In this document: piece by piece, positions 8,352-16,360 of the stretch
How the letters are laid out: each line of letters starts with the position of its first letter
Position numbering within the stretch: position 1 is the first letter of the stretch
Notes under the pieces: generated by a model
Seen by the model: only the letters and a program-made list of their open reading frames with translations
Told to the model about the DNA's origin: nothing
The model's database searches: none
Virus record (IMG/VR): IMGVR_UViG_3300048598_000468
Coordinates: 1 to 49,552 of that record
Source of the DNA: a virus
Taxonomy: Duplodnaviria; Caudoviricetes
DNA length: 49,552 bases
Strand: one strand, 5' to 3'
Position numbers and translations under genes: made by a program

Positions 8352-8751
8352 GGGCGACGCTCCACGCCGCGAGCACATCGAGCGCCTGGCCAACGGTGAC
8401 GCGGTGCTCGCCTTTCACGGCCCAGTTGGTGCCGAGGCAAACCGCCGTGACGATCATCAGCTCGCCCTCGGCCCTGATCCGGATCACGCCGACGTCGCCG
8501 CGCTGCGGGTCCGTGGTCGGCACGAGACCGACCGCTTCAAATCGGTGACGCACCGCGCCGACAGGATCGCGGAGCCAACCCGTGAGACGGTGGCAGCTCG
8601 CCGCGCTATCGTACTGTCCGCGCAGGTCCTCCGCGGGATCGGCGAACCCCAGCGCGACGACATAATCGGCGACGGCGAGGCTGCAATCGCTCGCGCCCCA
8701 CACGAACGGCTGCGCCATCCAGCGGTGCAGGCAGGCGTAAAGAGTGTCCAC
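8344..8751 (-). CDS. NlpC/P60-like tail tip assembly protein
   Basis: PFVWGASDC and PQRGDVGV motifs; position before the J-like gene. Confidence 0.75.
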   Translation of the reverse strand: MDTLYACLHRWMAQPFVWGASDCSLAVADYVVALGFADPAEDLRGQYDSAASCHRLTGWLRDPVGAVRHRFEAVGLVPTTDPQRGDVGVIRIRAEGELMIVTAVCLGTNWAVKGEHRVTVGQALDVLAAWSVARG

Positions 8752-8759
8752 GCCTGATC

Positions 8760-9344
8760 TCACAGCCCGAACAGCGCCTGTTCGTCGAAATTGTGCGTCG
8801 GCATGAACTCGAGCGAGGGATTGTAGCTCCCCACCCTGCGCGAATGGTCGACGACGTTGTAGCGCCCGCCCACCGGCTTCGCCCGCAGGCTGAACGCGCT
8901 CTCCACCGTCACCGAAAGCCGCCGGATCTGCGGACCGTCGAACGAATAGCCGATGTTCATCATGCGCCGCGTGGTGAGCAGGATCGGCGCGTACACGGGG
9001 CGGAAATACTCCGCCGTGCTCGCGATGTACTGGAAATAGAACCGTGCCGGGCGCTCCTTCACGGCCTCGACACCGATCGAGCGCACGTAGGCGACGAGAT
9101 CCTGCTGCTCCGGGTCCTGCAGGAACGACAGCGTGAGCTCGACGCCGGGCGCGGTGCCGTTGATGGAGAACTCGAGGTCGGACATCGAGATCAGCTTCGA
9201 GCCTACCCACGTATTGCCGTTGACGTCCTTGAACCAGCCGTCCTCGTTCAGGATGAAGCGGCAGATGCCCTCCGTGGTGTCGAGTTCCACGAGGTCGAGC
9301 ACGCCGATCGTCTCGGACCTGAGGTCGACGTCGCTCGGAATCAT
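8760..9344 (-). CDS. Minor tail protein (hub-associated)
   Basis: ATGA-coupled, good codon usage, position in tail tip cluster. Confidence 0.7.
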   Translation of the reverse strand: MIPSDVDLRSETIGVLDLVELDTTEGICRFILNEDGWFKDVNGNTWVGSKLISMSDLEFSINGTAPGVELTLSFLQDPEQQDLVAYVRSIGVEAVKERPARFYFQYIASTAEYFRPVYAPILLTTRRMMNIGYSFDGPQIRRLSVTVESAFSLRAKPVGGRYNVVDHSRRVGSYNPSLEFMPTHNFDEQALFGL

Positions 9345-10003
9345 GGCCGGGTGGTCCACTCGTATATGTTGACGGCGGCGGTGGCGAGGCGGCCGCGCTG
9401 CAACGGCATGCGCCCGTCGAGATCGGTCACCAGCACCATCAGCGCCGTGGCCGAGAGCGTGATCTCGGCGCCCGCCGGGATGTCACGGCGCAAAGGCGGC
9501 TCGAACGCGTAGCGCGTCAACGCACCCTCTCGCTCGATGCCGGTCACCACGTAGGGCCAGTCGTCGTGCGAGAACCACATGCCGGGCTGAAGCAGGTCGA
9601 GCGCGCTGCCCGGCTCTGCCACCAGATCCTCGGCGCCGGCGGCGTGCGTGGTGTCGACCGGCAGCGTCCACTCGTGCGCGAAGCCGGTGCCGTCGTCGTG
9701 CGCGATCTCGCCCTCGTAGAGGCAGCTTCCGGGCTCGCCGGGATAGCCCAGCATGTCGACGATCGGCACGCGCAGCACGTTGATGCGCCCGCGCAGGCTG
9801 GCCTGGATGGCCCGCCAGAGCTTCATCTGGTCCGGCGTGAAGGCCGCGAGGTCGAGCGTCGCCTCCCAGCGCGGCTGGATGCCGTAAACCACCTGCCCGC
9901 TGCCGGTCACGCCGTTGCCGGCCGACCGGCCGCGCGTGTTGATCACCCAGTTGCACGTGAGCTGGCCGAACCAGCGCGGCAGGTCGATGATGCGCCGCTC
10001 CAT
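9341..10003 (-). CDS. Distal tail protein-like
   Basis: Directly after tape measure; RWEATL...LRGR...FEPPLR pattern. Confidence 0.7.
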   Translation of the reverse strand: MERRIIDLPRWFGQLTCNWVINTRGRSAGNGVTGSGQVVYGIQPRWEATLDLAAFTPDQMKLWRAIQASLRGRINVLRVPIVDMLGYPGEPGSCLYEGEIAHDDGTGFAHEWTLPVDTTHAAGAEDLVAEPGSALDLLQPGMWFSHDDWPYVVTGIEREGALTRYAFEPPLRRDIPAGAEITLSATALMVLVTDLDGRMPLQRGRLATAAVNIYEWTTRP

Positions 10004-11860
10004 TTACTGCGTCCCGCGCCGCTGGTGGTTCTGAAGCTGCCCCGGCAGCGTGCGGCTGCCGACCTTGCTGCTCGACGCGACGGCGGCCTGCACGATGGCG
10101 GGCGCCTGACGCGCCACGACGCCCTCCGCCGTGCTTTCGACGCGGGCCTCGAAGTCCTCGGTGCCGTGCACGTAGACGTGGATCTCGCCGCCGGCACGCC
10201 CGCCCACGGAGGGCGCGATGGTGCCGCTCTGGCCGGGGATGAACAGCTCCGCCCGCTTCTCGCCGACGACGTAGGCCTTCCCGGCCTCGACGTCGCCGCC
10301 GCCTTCGCGGAAACCGCCGAACACAGAGCCCAGGAGAGACCCGAGCAACCCGCCGTCCGAGCCGGAGCCGCCCATGCCGCCGCCGAACAGCGGCTCGAGC
10401 ACGCCGCGGCGGAAGGTGAGCTGCGCGAGATCGTTCAGCATCGACGCAACCATGCTTTTCACGTCGAGCTCCGCCCCGCGCGTCCACTGCGCGAAGGCCG
10501 AGGCCAGCGTTCCGGAGACCGTCTGCCCGATTTCGCCCATCCTTCTGAGCGCTGCGTTGTGCTCGGCAACTTTTTCCGTGTTGATACCGAACTGAACCGC
10601 CATCGCTTGGAGTTTGACCAGATCCCAACGATCGGGTTCGTTGCCAGAGGCGCGAAGTTGCTGAAGCTTCGTTTCGTAGAACACAAGTTCCGCAGTTTCG
10701 CGAGCATTGAGCCCAACGGACTCCGCCCGCACGCGCAAGTTCGAGATTTCGCGGTCGGCATTGGCGAAAATCTGCGCCTCCGAGCGCTCCCGCTGCGCCG
10801 CTATCTGCTCAAGCCGCTGTTTTTCCCGCTGAGCCTCGTTAAACTCAACTTGGACCTTTGTGCCGGCTTCTATTTGATCGAGACGGTCATCCAGTGCCTT
10901 CCTGATTTCCGGCGTCATCTGTATCCCTGCTTCGTCAATCTCGCGAAGCGCCTTCTGCTCGGCGGTGTAGCGAGCCAGCGCCACCGCTCCCAGGCCAAGC
11001 TGCCGGTTCTTTTCCTCGATGGCCTCAACTTCTGCTGCTAGCATTTGCTCAGCGCCCGTTACCGTCGACACCTGCCACTCAGCAACAGCCGCATTGGCTG
11101 CGGCGTACTTGTCCTGAAGCCCGTTCCTCCGTTCCAAGAGTGCATTCAACTCAGCAGTCGCTCTGGCGACGAGGTCTACTTCGTGCACCCCTCTCCCAAC
11201 CGCAATTTTTTGGACACTCTCCTCCTCACCAGCGCGCATTCGACGAATTTGCTCGCGGATTTCGCGCTCTTTTCTATCAATCAAGCCTAGAGTTTCGCCG
11301 AGCGAACTTGCGCTAGTGTCAAGATTCATGTCCGCCTTGAGCAAGCGCAGACGGAGGCGCACATCATCAATCGCGCCCGCCACGCGATCGAGCAACTCTT
11401 GCGCGAACCCCTTTGCGGACTCGTTTCCTGTGTCGGCCGCATTGGCGAACCCAAACATCGTTGATGCTGCGTCCATCCCGGCAGCATGCACAGCAAAAAA
11501 ACCGCCGATTGCCGTATCGGAAAGCGTAGTGCCAAGGTCACCAATAGCACTCGTGAGCCTATCGTACTCGGTTGTGGCACCGAGGGCTTCAGCGACCGAA
11601 CGTCCCTCCTTTGCGAACTGCTGATACAGCCCTACAGCAGCCTCAACGGTATTGAGAACCAGATTAACTTTGCCGCGCATGCCGAGCGCCGCGTCGCCAA
11701 CGAGACCCATGATCTTGTCGAGCTCGCCGAGCGACTGGCTGCCCTTGGCGCCCATCCCGTCCAGCACGCTCATCACGCCCTGCACACCGGAATGGAACTT
11801 GTCGGCGTTGGCGTCGATGATAACTTTTAAGCCTGCAACCGATGAAAAGCCTTCAGGCAC
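10004..11860 (-). CDS. Tape measure protein
   Basis: Helical Ala/Glu/Gln-rich body; C-terminal FREGGG...YVVGEKRAELFIP motif; GTG start after GAGG. Confidence 0.85.
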   Translation of the reverse strand: MPEGFSSVAGLKVIIDANADKFHSGVQGVMSVLDGMGAKGSQSLGELDKIMGLVGDAALGMRGKVNLVLNTVEAAVGLYQQFAKEGRSVAEALGATTEYDRLTSAIGDLGTTLSDTAIGGFFAVHAAGMDAASTMFGFANAADTGNESAKGFAQELLDRVAGAIDDVRLRLRLLKADMNLDTSASSLGETLGLIDRKEREIREQIRRMRAGEEESVQKIAVGRGVHEVDLVARATAELNALLERRNGLQDKYAAANAAVAEWQVSTVTGAEQMLAAEVEAIEEKNRQLGLGAVALARYTAEQKALREIDEAGIQMTPEIRKALDDRLDQIEAGTKVQVEFNEAQREKQRLEQIAAQRERSEAQIFANADREISNLRVRAESVGLNARETAELVFYETKLQQLRASGNEPDRWDLVKLQAMAVQFGINTEKVAEHNAALRRMGEIGQTVSGTLASAFAQWTRGAELDVKSMVASMLNDLAQLTFRRGVLEPLFGGGMGGSGSDGGLLGSLLGSVFGGFREGGGDVEAGKAYVVGEKRAELFIPGQSGTIAPSVGGRAGGEIHVYVHGTEDFEARVESTAEGVVARQAPAIVQAAVASSSKVGSRTLPGQLQNHQRRGTQ

Positions 11861-12077
11861 TTGGCGCCTCTTTCGGATCGACTCCGACAAACTCCCCGAG
11901 CTTGTCTAGGAGGTGCTTCATTAGGCCTTCGTTGCGCACGCCATACTCTTGTATCCAAGCAAGGATATCAGCCTGAGCCGGCGGGAATGCGAAATCCCGA
12001 GTAATTGCGGCAAAGCTGCATGCGAGCTCTTCGGCGATAACCTTGTCAACCACGACGCTGTTGAACCCTTCAGGCAT
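11853..12077 (-). CDS. Small inserted hypothetical protein whose N-terminus copies the tape measure start
   Basis: GGAGG RBS; MPEGFNSVVVDKVI vs tape measure MPEGFSSVAGLKVII; lower GC. Confidence 0.6.
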   Translation of the reverse strand: MPEGFNSVVVDKVIAEELACSFAAITRDFAFPPAQADILAWIQEYGVRNEGLMKHLLDKLGEFVGVDPKEAPSA

Positions 12078-12080
12078 GCG

Positions 12081-12287
12081 TCACGCCTCCGGCAGGCGAT
12101 CGAGGAACGCCCACATTTCGTCCTCGCTTGGCTCGGGCGGCGGCTTCGGCAGTCGTGCAATATCGGCCGCGAGCATCGCGGTCATCTCGTAAAACGAGGT
12201 GCGCCAGAGCTGGGCGGGCGTCCATCCAAGGACTCGCCCGAGCCCCAGGATGTAATCCCAGTCTGCCCAGCCGTCTTTGCGAAAGGG
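12081..12287 (-). CDS. Tail assembly chaperone T segment reached by -1 frameshift (GT fusion)
   Basis: Slippery C CCT TTC (12287-12281); -1 frame reads ...DWDYILGLGRVLGWTPAQLWRTSFYEMTAML...FLDRLPEA*. Confidence 0.8.
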   Translation of the reverse strand, partial: PFRKDGWADWDYILGLGRVLGWTPAQLWRTSFYEMTAMLAADIARLPKPPPEPSEDEMWAFLDRLPEA

Positions 12288-12661
12288 CCGCGCGCGTCGT
12301 CCCGCGCCGGCTCCTCATCAACACGCCGCTCATCGAGCACGCGCCGAAGCTCCTTCGAGCCCATGGTGAGGGAATAGAGGTAAACGGCGAGAGCTTGGTG
12401 TGCCCGCACGCCCTCCTCCCAAACCCACGCATCGAGGATCTCGCGCTGAGGCGCCCCGGCCCGGTCGCGCAGCAACGCCACGTAGACACGGACGATCTCG
12501 TCCGACGTTGCGGCGCCAACGTCGAGACGCTGCGCGAACGGCGCGACGGCGCCGATCGCGCCCTCCGCGCGCCGCAGCATGTCGAGCGAGCGGTCGAACG
12601 CATACTCGCGGCCGCAGACCACAAGCGTTGCACCGCGCGCCAGCTCCCCCTGATTGTACAT
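12182..12661 (-). CDS. Tail assembly chaperone G
   Basis: Between tail tube and tape measure; contains the slippery site at Gly-Pro-Phe. Confidence 0.8.
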   Translation of the reverse strand: MYNQGELARGATLVVCGREYAFDRSLDMLRRAEGAIGAVAPFAQRLDVGAATSDEIVRVYVALLRDRAGAPQREILDAWVWEEGVRAHQALAVYLYSLTMGSKELRRVLDERRVDEEPARDDARGPFAKTAGQTGITSWGSGESLDGRPPSSGAPRFTR

Positions 12662-12676
12662 CTGCCGCCGCTCCCG

Positions 12677-13417
12677 TTACGCGGCCACGACGTCGACGGT
12701 GGGCGCCGAGTTGGCGGACGCGCTGCCAGCCCCGTTGGTCGCCGTTTCGACGACGCGGAGCGCGCTCCCCACGTCCCCCACGACGGGCGTGTAGGTGGGG
12801 CTGGTGGCACCGGAGATGTTCTCCCAGCCGGTATCGTCGATCTGCCACTGGTAGGCGAGCGTCGGCGATCCGGACCAGACGCCCGGCACGGCGGTGAGCG
12901 TGCCACCCTGGACGGCGAGGCCAGCGATGGCCGGAAGCCGCGAGTTGACCGGCAGCGCCACGGCGGGCGCCACATCGCTCGAAAGCTGCTGGAGAATGGC
13001 GATCGACTGGAAGCCCTTGAGCGCCTGGTTGTTGCCGTAGGTCTCGGTGAACTCGAAGATTCCGGCCTTGAGGTACTTCACGCGGCCGTTCGAGCTGGTG
13101 AGCTTGACGTTGTAGACGCCGTCCACCGTGTCATCGAGCGCGGCCGCGAACAGCGCGGCGAGGCCCGGCAGCGGCCCGCTCGCCGCCACCTCGTCGAGAT
13201 GGCCGGTCATCGTGCAGCGGCCAGCGTCCGCGGGGCCGATCTTGCCCGTCTTCTTGAACTGATCCTTGAGGGTGGTGATGTCACCCTCCGGCCATTTCAC
13301 GCCGATGTTGCCGGTGACAGTCACCGTGCCCTCGACCTCGGTGTAGGTGTCCGTCAGATGGTTGGCGGCCTTGGTGCCGATCGCCATCGTGGTGCCGCGG
13401 TTGCGGACCTTGCTCAT
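12677..13417 (-). CDS. Major tail (tube) protein with C-terminal Ig-like domain
   Basis: Position after tail terminator; C-terminal PAIAG...GGTLTA.PG.W.G.PT.AYQWQ...GATSPTYTP. Confidence 0.8.
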   Translation of the reverse strand: MSKVRNRGTTMAIGTKAANHLTDTYTEVEGTVTVTGNIGVKWPEGDITTLKDQFKKTGKIGPADAGRCTMTGHLDEVAASGPLPGLAALFAAALDDTVDGVYNVKLTSSNGRVKYLKAGIFEFTETYGNNQALKGFQSIAILQQLSSDVAPAVALPVNSRLPAIAGLAVQGGTLTAVPGVWSGSPTLAYQWQIDDTGWENISGATSPTYTPVVGDVGSALRVVETATNGAGSASANSAPTVDVVAA

Positions 13418-13446
13418 GGTGTCCTCCGGAAAAGTGGGTCAGCGGA

Positions 13447-13863
13447 TCAGGGCTGCACGAGCACGGCGTAGATGGCCGAGCCGGTGTAGGTTTTGCCGTC
13501 GGCATCGACGACGGTATCGGAGCGCTCGAGGTCGCAGCGCACGGCCGTGCCGGAGCCGAGCACGAGCTCGGCGTCGTCCAGCGTGTCCTCGATCCTGGCG
13601 AGGATAGCGTCCACCTGCTCCTGGCCGTGGAAGTCCGAGAACACGGTGAGCGTGATCTGCACACGCGCCATCTTCTCGGCGAGCGGGTTCTCGGGCGTCG
13701 TGATCTTGCGGCCGAAGCGCACGTAGGGATACGCGGCCTGCTGCGGCGCGTGATCGTAGACGGGCACACCCGGCGCGCTGCGGCCGGGCGGCGTGAAGGT
13801 GGCGAGGGCGGCGACCAGCAGCGCGTCGGCTGCCTTCTGCACCTCGAACGGGAGGGACGCCAT
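13447..13863 (-). CDS. Tail terminator (DUF3168-like)
   Basis: VYDHAPQQAAYPYVRFG motif. Confidence 0.8.
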   Translation of the reverse strand: MASLPFEVQKAADALLVAALATFTPPGRSAPGVPVYDHAPQQAAYPYVRFGRKITTPENPLAEKMARVQITLTVFSDFHGQEQVDAILARIEDTLDDAELVLGSGTAVRCDLERSDTVVDADGKTYTGSAIYAVLVQP

Positions 13864-13866
13864 CCG

Positions 13867-14487
13867 TCAGCTCTGATCCGCGAAGCCGGCGGCGCGTTTG
13901 GCGGCTTCAACTATGCGAGTCATGTCGAGCTTCGCTTGCAGCCTACGCCAAAGGTTGGCTTCTGCGGGTCGCCAGAACGGATTGGCGGGGCGCGCAGGCA
14001 CATCGGTTTTCATGCGTTGCCAGCGCTGCGGGTCTTTGAGTCTGGCCTCTAGACGGGGCTGCCCGTCTGCACCGACAGACTCTCTGTAATCAAAGCGGGC
14101 GCCATCGCGTTTCGTGTGAACGCTCACGAACTTCCAGTTGGCGCCGGTCAGCTTCTTCTTGCCAGCCTTCCGCATATCCCCTTTCGTGTAGCCCTTGGTC
14201 CCGAATTCCACGAAGAACAGATGGAAAGCGCGCTTTGCGAGGGCCGGAACGTCCAAACCATAGATGATCCGAATGCCAGGCCCGTCCGGGCTCTTGGTGA
14301 TGCGGAAGGCACTTTCGTCGAGTAGCGCGTCGCGGCCCTCACCGGTATCCACGGGCACGGAAGATGCCACTTCCTCCTGAAATTTTCTGGTCTCGGCGAT
14401 GACATGATCGTTCATCGCAAGCGCGACCTGCTCATCGAAACTCTTGAGCTTCCTTCTAAGCTCCTCAAGCCCTTCAATGCCGCTCAT
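13867..14487 (-). CDS. HK97 gp10-like tail completion protein with internal insertion
   Basis: IEGLEELRRKL...PVDTG...FVEFGT...PANPFWRPA. Confidence 0.8.
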   Translation of the reverse strand: MSGIEGLEELRRKLKSFDEQVALAMNDHVIAETRKFQEEVASSVPVDTGEGRDALLDESAFRITKSPDGPGIRIIYGLDVPALAKRAFHLFFVEFGTKGYTKGDMRKAGKKKLTGANWKFVSVHTKRDGARFDYRESVGADGQPRLEARLKDPQRWQRMKTDVPARPANPFWRPAEANLWRRLQAKLDMTRIVEAAKRAAGFADQS

Positions 14488-14813
14488 TGCGTAACCCCGC
14501 TCTCCGCGATCAGTTGCGTCTCGATGCGGCGCGCGAGACGGCGCGGCATCTCACGCAGGTTGTAGGTCTCGCCGTTCCAGACGATACGGTCCGTGAGCGT
14601 CACGCCGAGCGCTTCGACGCCCGCCGATAGCGCCACGAACCGATACCTCAGCACTGCGCGCACGGCGCCGCGCTGCTCGCCCTCGCTGCCGCCGATGTAT
14701 TCGGCGCTGGCCCAGAGCTGCCCGATCGACGCCCACGCGCTCGTCAATCCACCCCCCGCCCGCCGCGTCGTCGTCTCGCGCTCGATGGTGATGAGCTCCG
14801 TCCGCGCGGTCAT
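14484..14813 (-). CDS. Head closure / head-tail adaptor
   Basis: ITIER...GG...W....LWA...GSE...DRIVWNGETYN pattern. Confidence 0.8.
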   Translation of the reverse strand: MTARTELITIERETTTRRAGGGLTSAWASIGQLWASAEYIGGSEGEQRGAVRAVLRYRFVALSAGVEALGVTLTDRIVWNGETYNLREMPRRLARRIETQLIAESGVTQ

Positions 14814-15391
14814 CAGATCCAGCCGCTGGTGCGGAAGGTGGCGAGGAGGCGCTGCGAGGCGAGCGGATTCACGGTAATCGGTCCGTCCACCGTCTCGCCG
14901 CGGTTGTGATACATGTGCTCGACGAGCAGCAGCACCGCGTTGCGGATGGACTCCGGGACGTCAGCCGGATTCGCCCCGTAGCCCGCGACGAATTCGATCT
15001 CGACGGCTGACGGATCGGCCGAGGTCACCGGCCAGGATTGCCCGGAGCGCCGCTGCACCCAGCCGAGAAGGCCGGCGGGCTGCACGGAATAGACCGACGT
15101 CGCGAGCGTCTGCTGCACGCCCGCGGCATCGAGATAGCGGATCGCCGTCACCGACTGCAGCGGCGGTTTCAGCAGCTCGATGACGCCCGCCCGCGGAAAC
15201 GCCGGCAGCCACTGCTTCCACGTCTGCGTGATGAGGGCACGCCCGGTCTCGCCTTCGACATGCTCGCGCGCCGCCTTGATGGCGCGCCCGATCAGCGCGT
15301 CCTCGGTGTTGTGGAGCACCCGCAAGTGCTCCTTCGCCTCGGTGAGCGTGACCGGCTCGAGCACCGGGCCGGAGATGCGCTTGATCTGCAT
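14813..15391 (-). CDS. Head-tail connector (gp6 / phiE125 gp8-like)
   Basis: EPVTLTEAKEHLRV...GRALITQTW...VPESIRNAVLLLVEHMYHNR. Confidence 0.9.
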   Translation of the reverse strand: MQIKRISGPVLEPVTLTEAKEHLRVLHNTEDALIGRAIKAAREHVEGETGRALITQTWKQWLPAFPRAGVIELLKPPLQSVTAIRYLDAAGVQQTLATSVYSVQPAGLLGWVQRRSGQSWPVTSADPSAVEIEFVAGYGANPADVPESIRNAVLLLVEHMYHNRGETVDGPITVNPLASQRLLATFRTSGWI

Positions 15392-15412
15392 GGGGAGACG
15401 GGGCTCGCGGGC

Positions 15413-15778
15413 TTACTTGCCGACGAACTCGGCCACGTCCGCGTCGACGAAGGCGCGCGCGAGGTCGCCCTCGATCACCGTGCCCTTGGCGTAGATCTCC
15501 TCCAGACCCTCGGCGTTCTTGTGGATGTGGCGCTTGAGGAGCTTCGCGCGCACCACGGGCTGCGGCGCGGGAGGCGCTACGCCCGACGGAGTCTCTCCGC
15601 CGTTCTCGGGCGGCGCCCCGGCGCCTTCGTCGTTGGCGGCGTCGTGCGGGATCGCCCAGCCTTCGGCGAGAGCCACCTCCGCAACGCGCCCGGTGACGAT
15701 CTCGCCCGCCTCGAACTGGCGCCCATGGATTTCGCCCGGCGGCACCATCCGGAACTGCTTCACTGTCTTCGCCTGCAT
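15413..15778 (-). CDS. Hypothetical head-module protein (two small related domains)
   Basis: GAGG RBS; FEAGEIVTGRVAEVALAEGWA and YAKGTVIEGDLARAFVDADVA. Confidence 0.65.
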   Translation of the reverse strand: MQAKTVKQFRMVPPGEIHGRQFEAGEIVTGRVAEVALAEGWAIPHDAANDEGAGAPPENGGETPSGVAPPAPQPVVRAKLLKRHIHKNAEGLEEIYAKGTVIEGDLARAFVDADVAEFVGK

Positions 15779-15852
15779 ATCATCCTCGCGTGTTGCTCAA
15801 AAGAAGGGAGCGGTGCGCCGGAGCGCACCACCCGGTTCGTTCGGTGATCCGC

Positions 15853-16287
15853 TTACTGCGGCGGGTTCGGCGTGGGAGCAATCCGAGGATGGCCGAGGAT
15901 GGCGACACCGGCGAGAAAGATGTTGCCGGAATCGTTGCCCGACGGCGTGACGGTCATGCGAACGTAGCGCTTGGTGCCGATGTATCCGATCTTCCGGCAC
16001 TCGTTGTCGTCGGCGAAAGTGAAACCGGCCAGCGCCTCGGTGCCGACGAGGTTTTCGTCCGCGACCGGCGTGTTGTCCGACAGGCCCGAATTGTCGCCCT
16101 CCTCGACCAGCACGGCAAAGGTGGCGTTGGCGTCGGTATTGGCGCCGGTCACGATAACCAGCGTGCAGCTGTTGTAATTATTGGTGTCGATGATGGCGCT
16201 GACGATCGGGGTGTTGTCGGTGCGCGCCGCGACGGGCGTGAACAGCGGCACCGGGTGGATGACGTTGCAAAGGTCCCTCTGGGACAT
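15853..16287 (-). CDS. Putative capsid decoration protein
   Basis: Beta-rich 144 aa directly after the major capsid gene; AAGGAAAG RBS; KRYVR motif. Confidence 0.65.
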   Translation of the reverse strand: MSQRDLCNVIHPVPLFTPVAARTDNTPIVSAIIDTNNYNSCTLVIVTGANTDANATFAVLVEEGDNSGLSDNTPVADENLVGTEALAGFTFADDNECRKIGYIGTKRYVRMTVTPSGNDSGNIFLAGVAILGHPRIAPTPNPPQ

Positions 16288-16321
16288 GGGCTTTCCTTTC
16301 GATGATCGGAGAGTGGAAGGT

Positions 16322-16342
16322 GGCGGCCGGGTTCCGGCCGCC
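16322..16342. terminator. Hairpin after major capsid gene
   Basis: GGCGGCCGG gtt CCGGCCGCC; no clear U-tract. Confidence 0.4.
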
Positions 16343-16360
16343 CGCTAAGCGGATCCGCGC

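Noticed and set aside
5967-11041. Long plus-strand ORFs (5967-8399, 9566-11041) and similar ones elsewhere (12128-13471, 18459-19994, 22469-23872)
   Set aside because: Antisense shadows of real GC-rich genes; Arg/Gly/Ala-rich with no recognisable motifs.
11861-11890. Track start of the tape measure at 11890
   Set aside because: GTG at 11860 has an RBS and matches the duplicated start; the extension overlaps the upstream ORF.
12070-12975. 301-aa minus ORF as the chaperone T frame
   Set aside because: It is the +1 frame with nonsense composition; the -1 frame ending at 12081 has the chaperone-like sequence.
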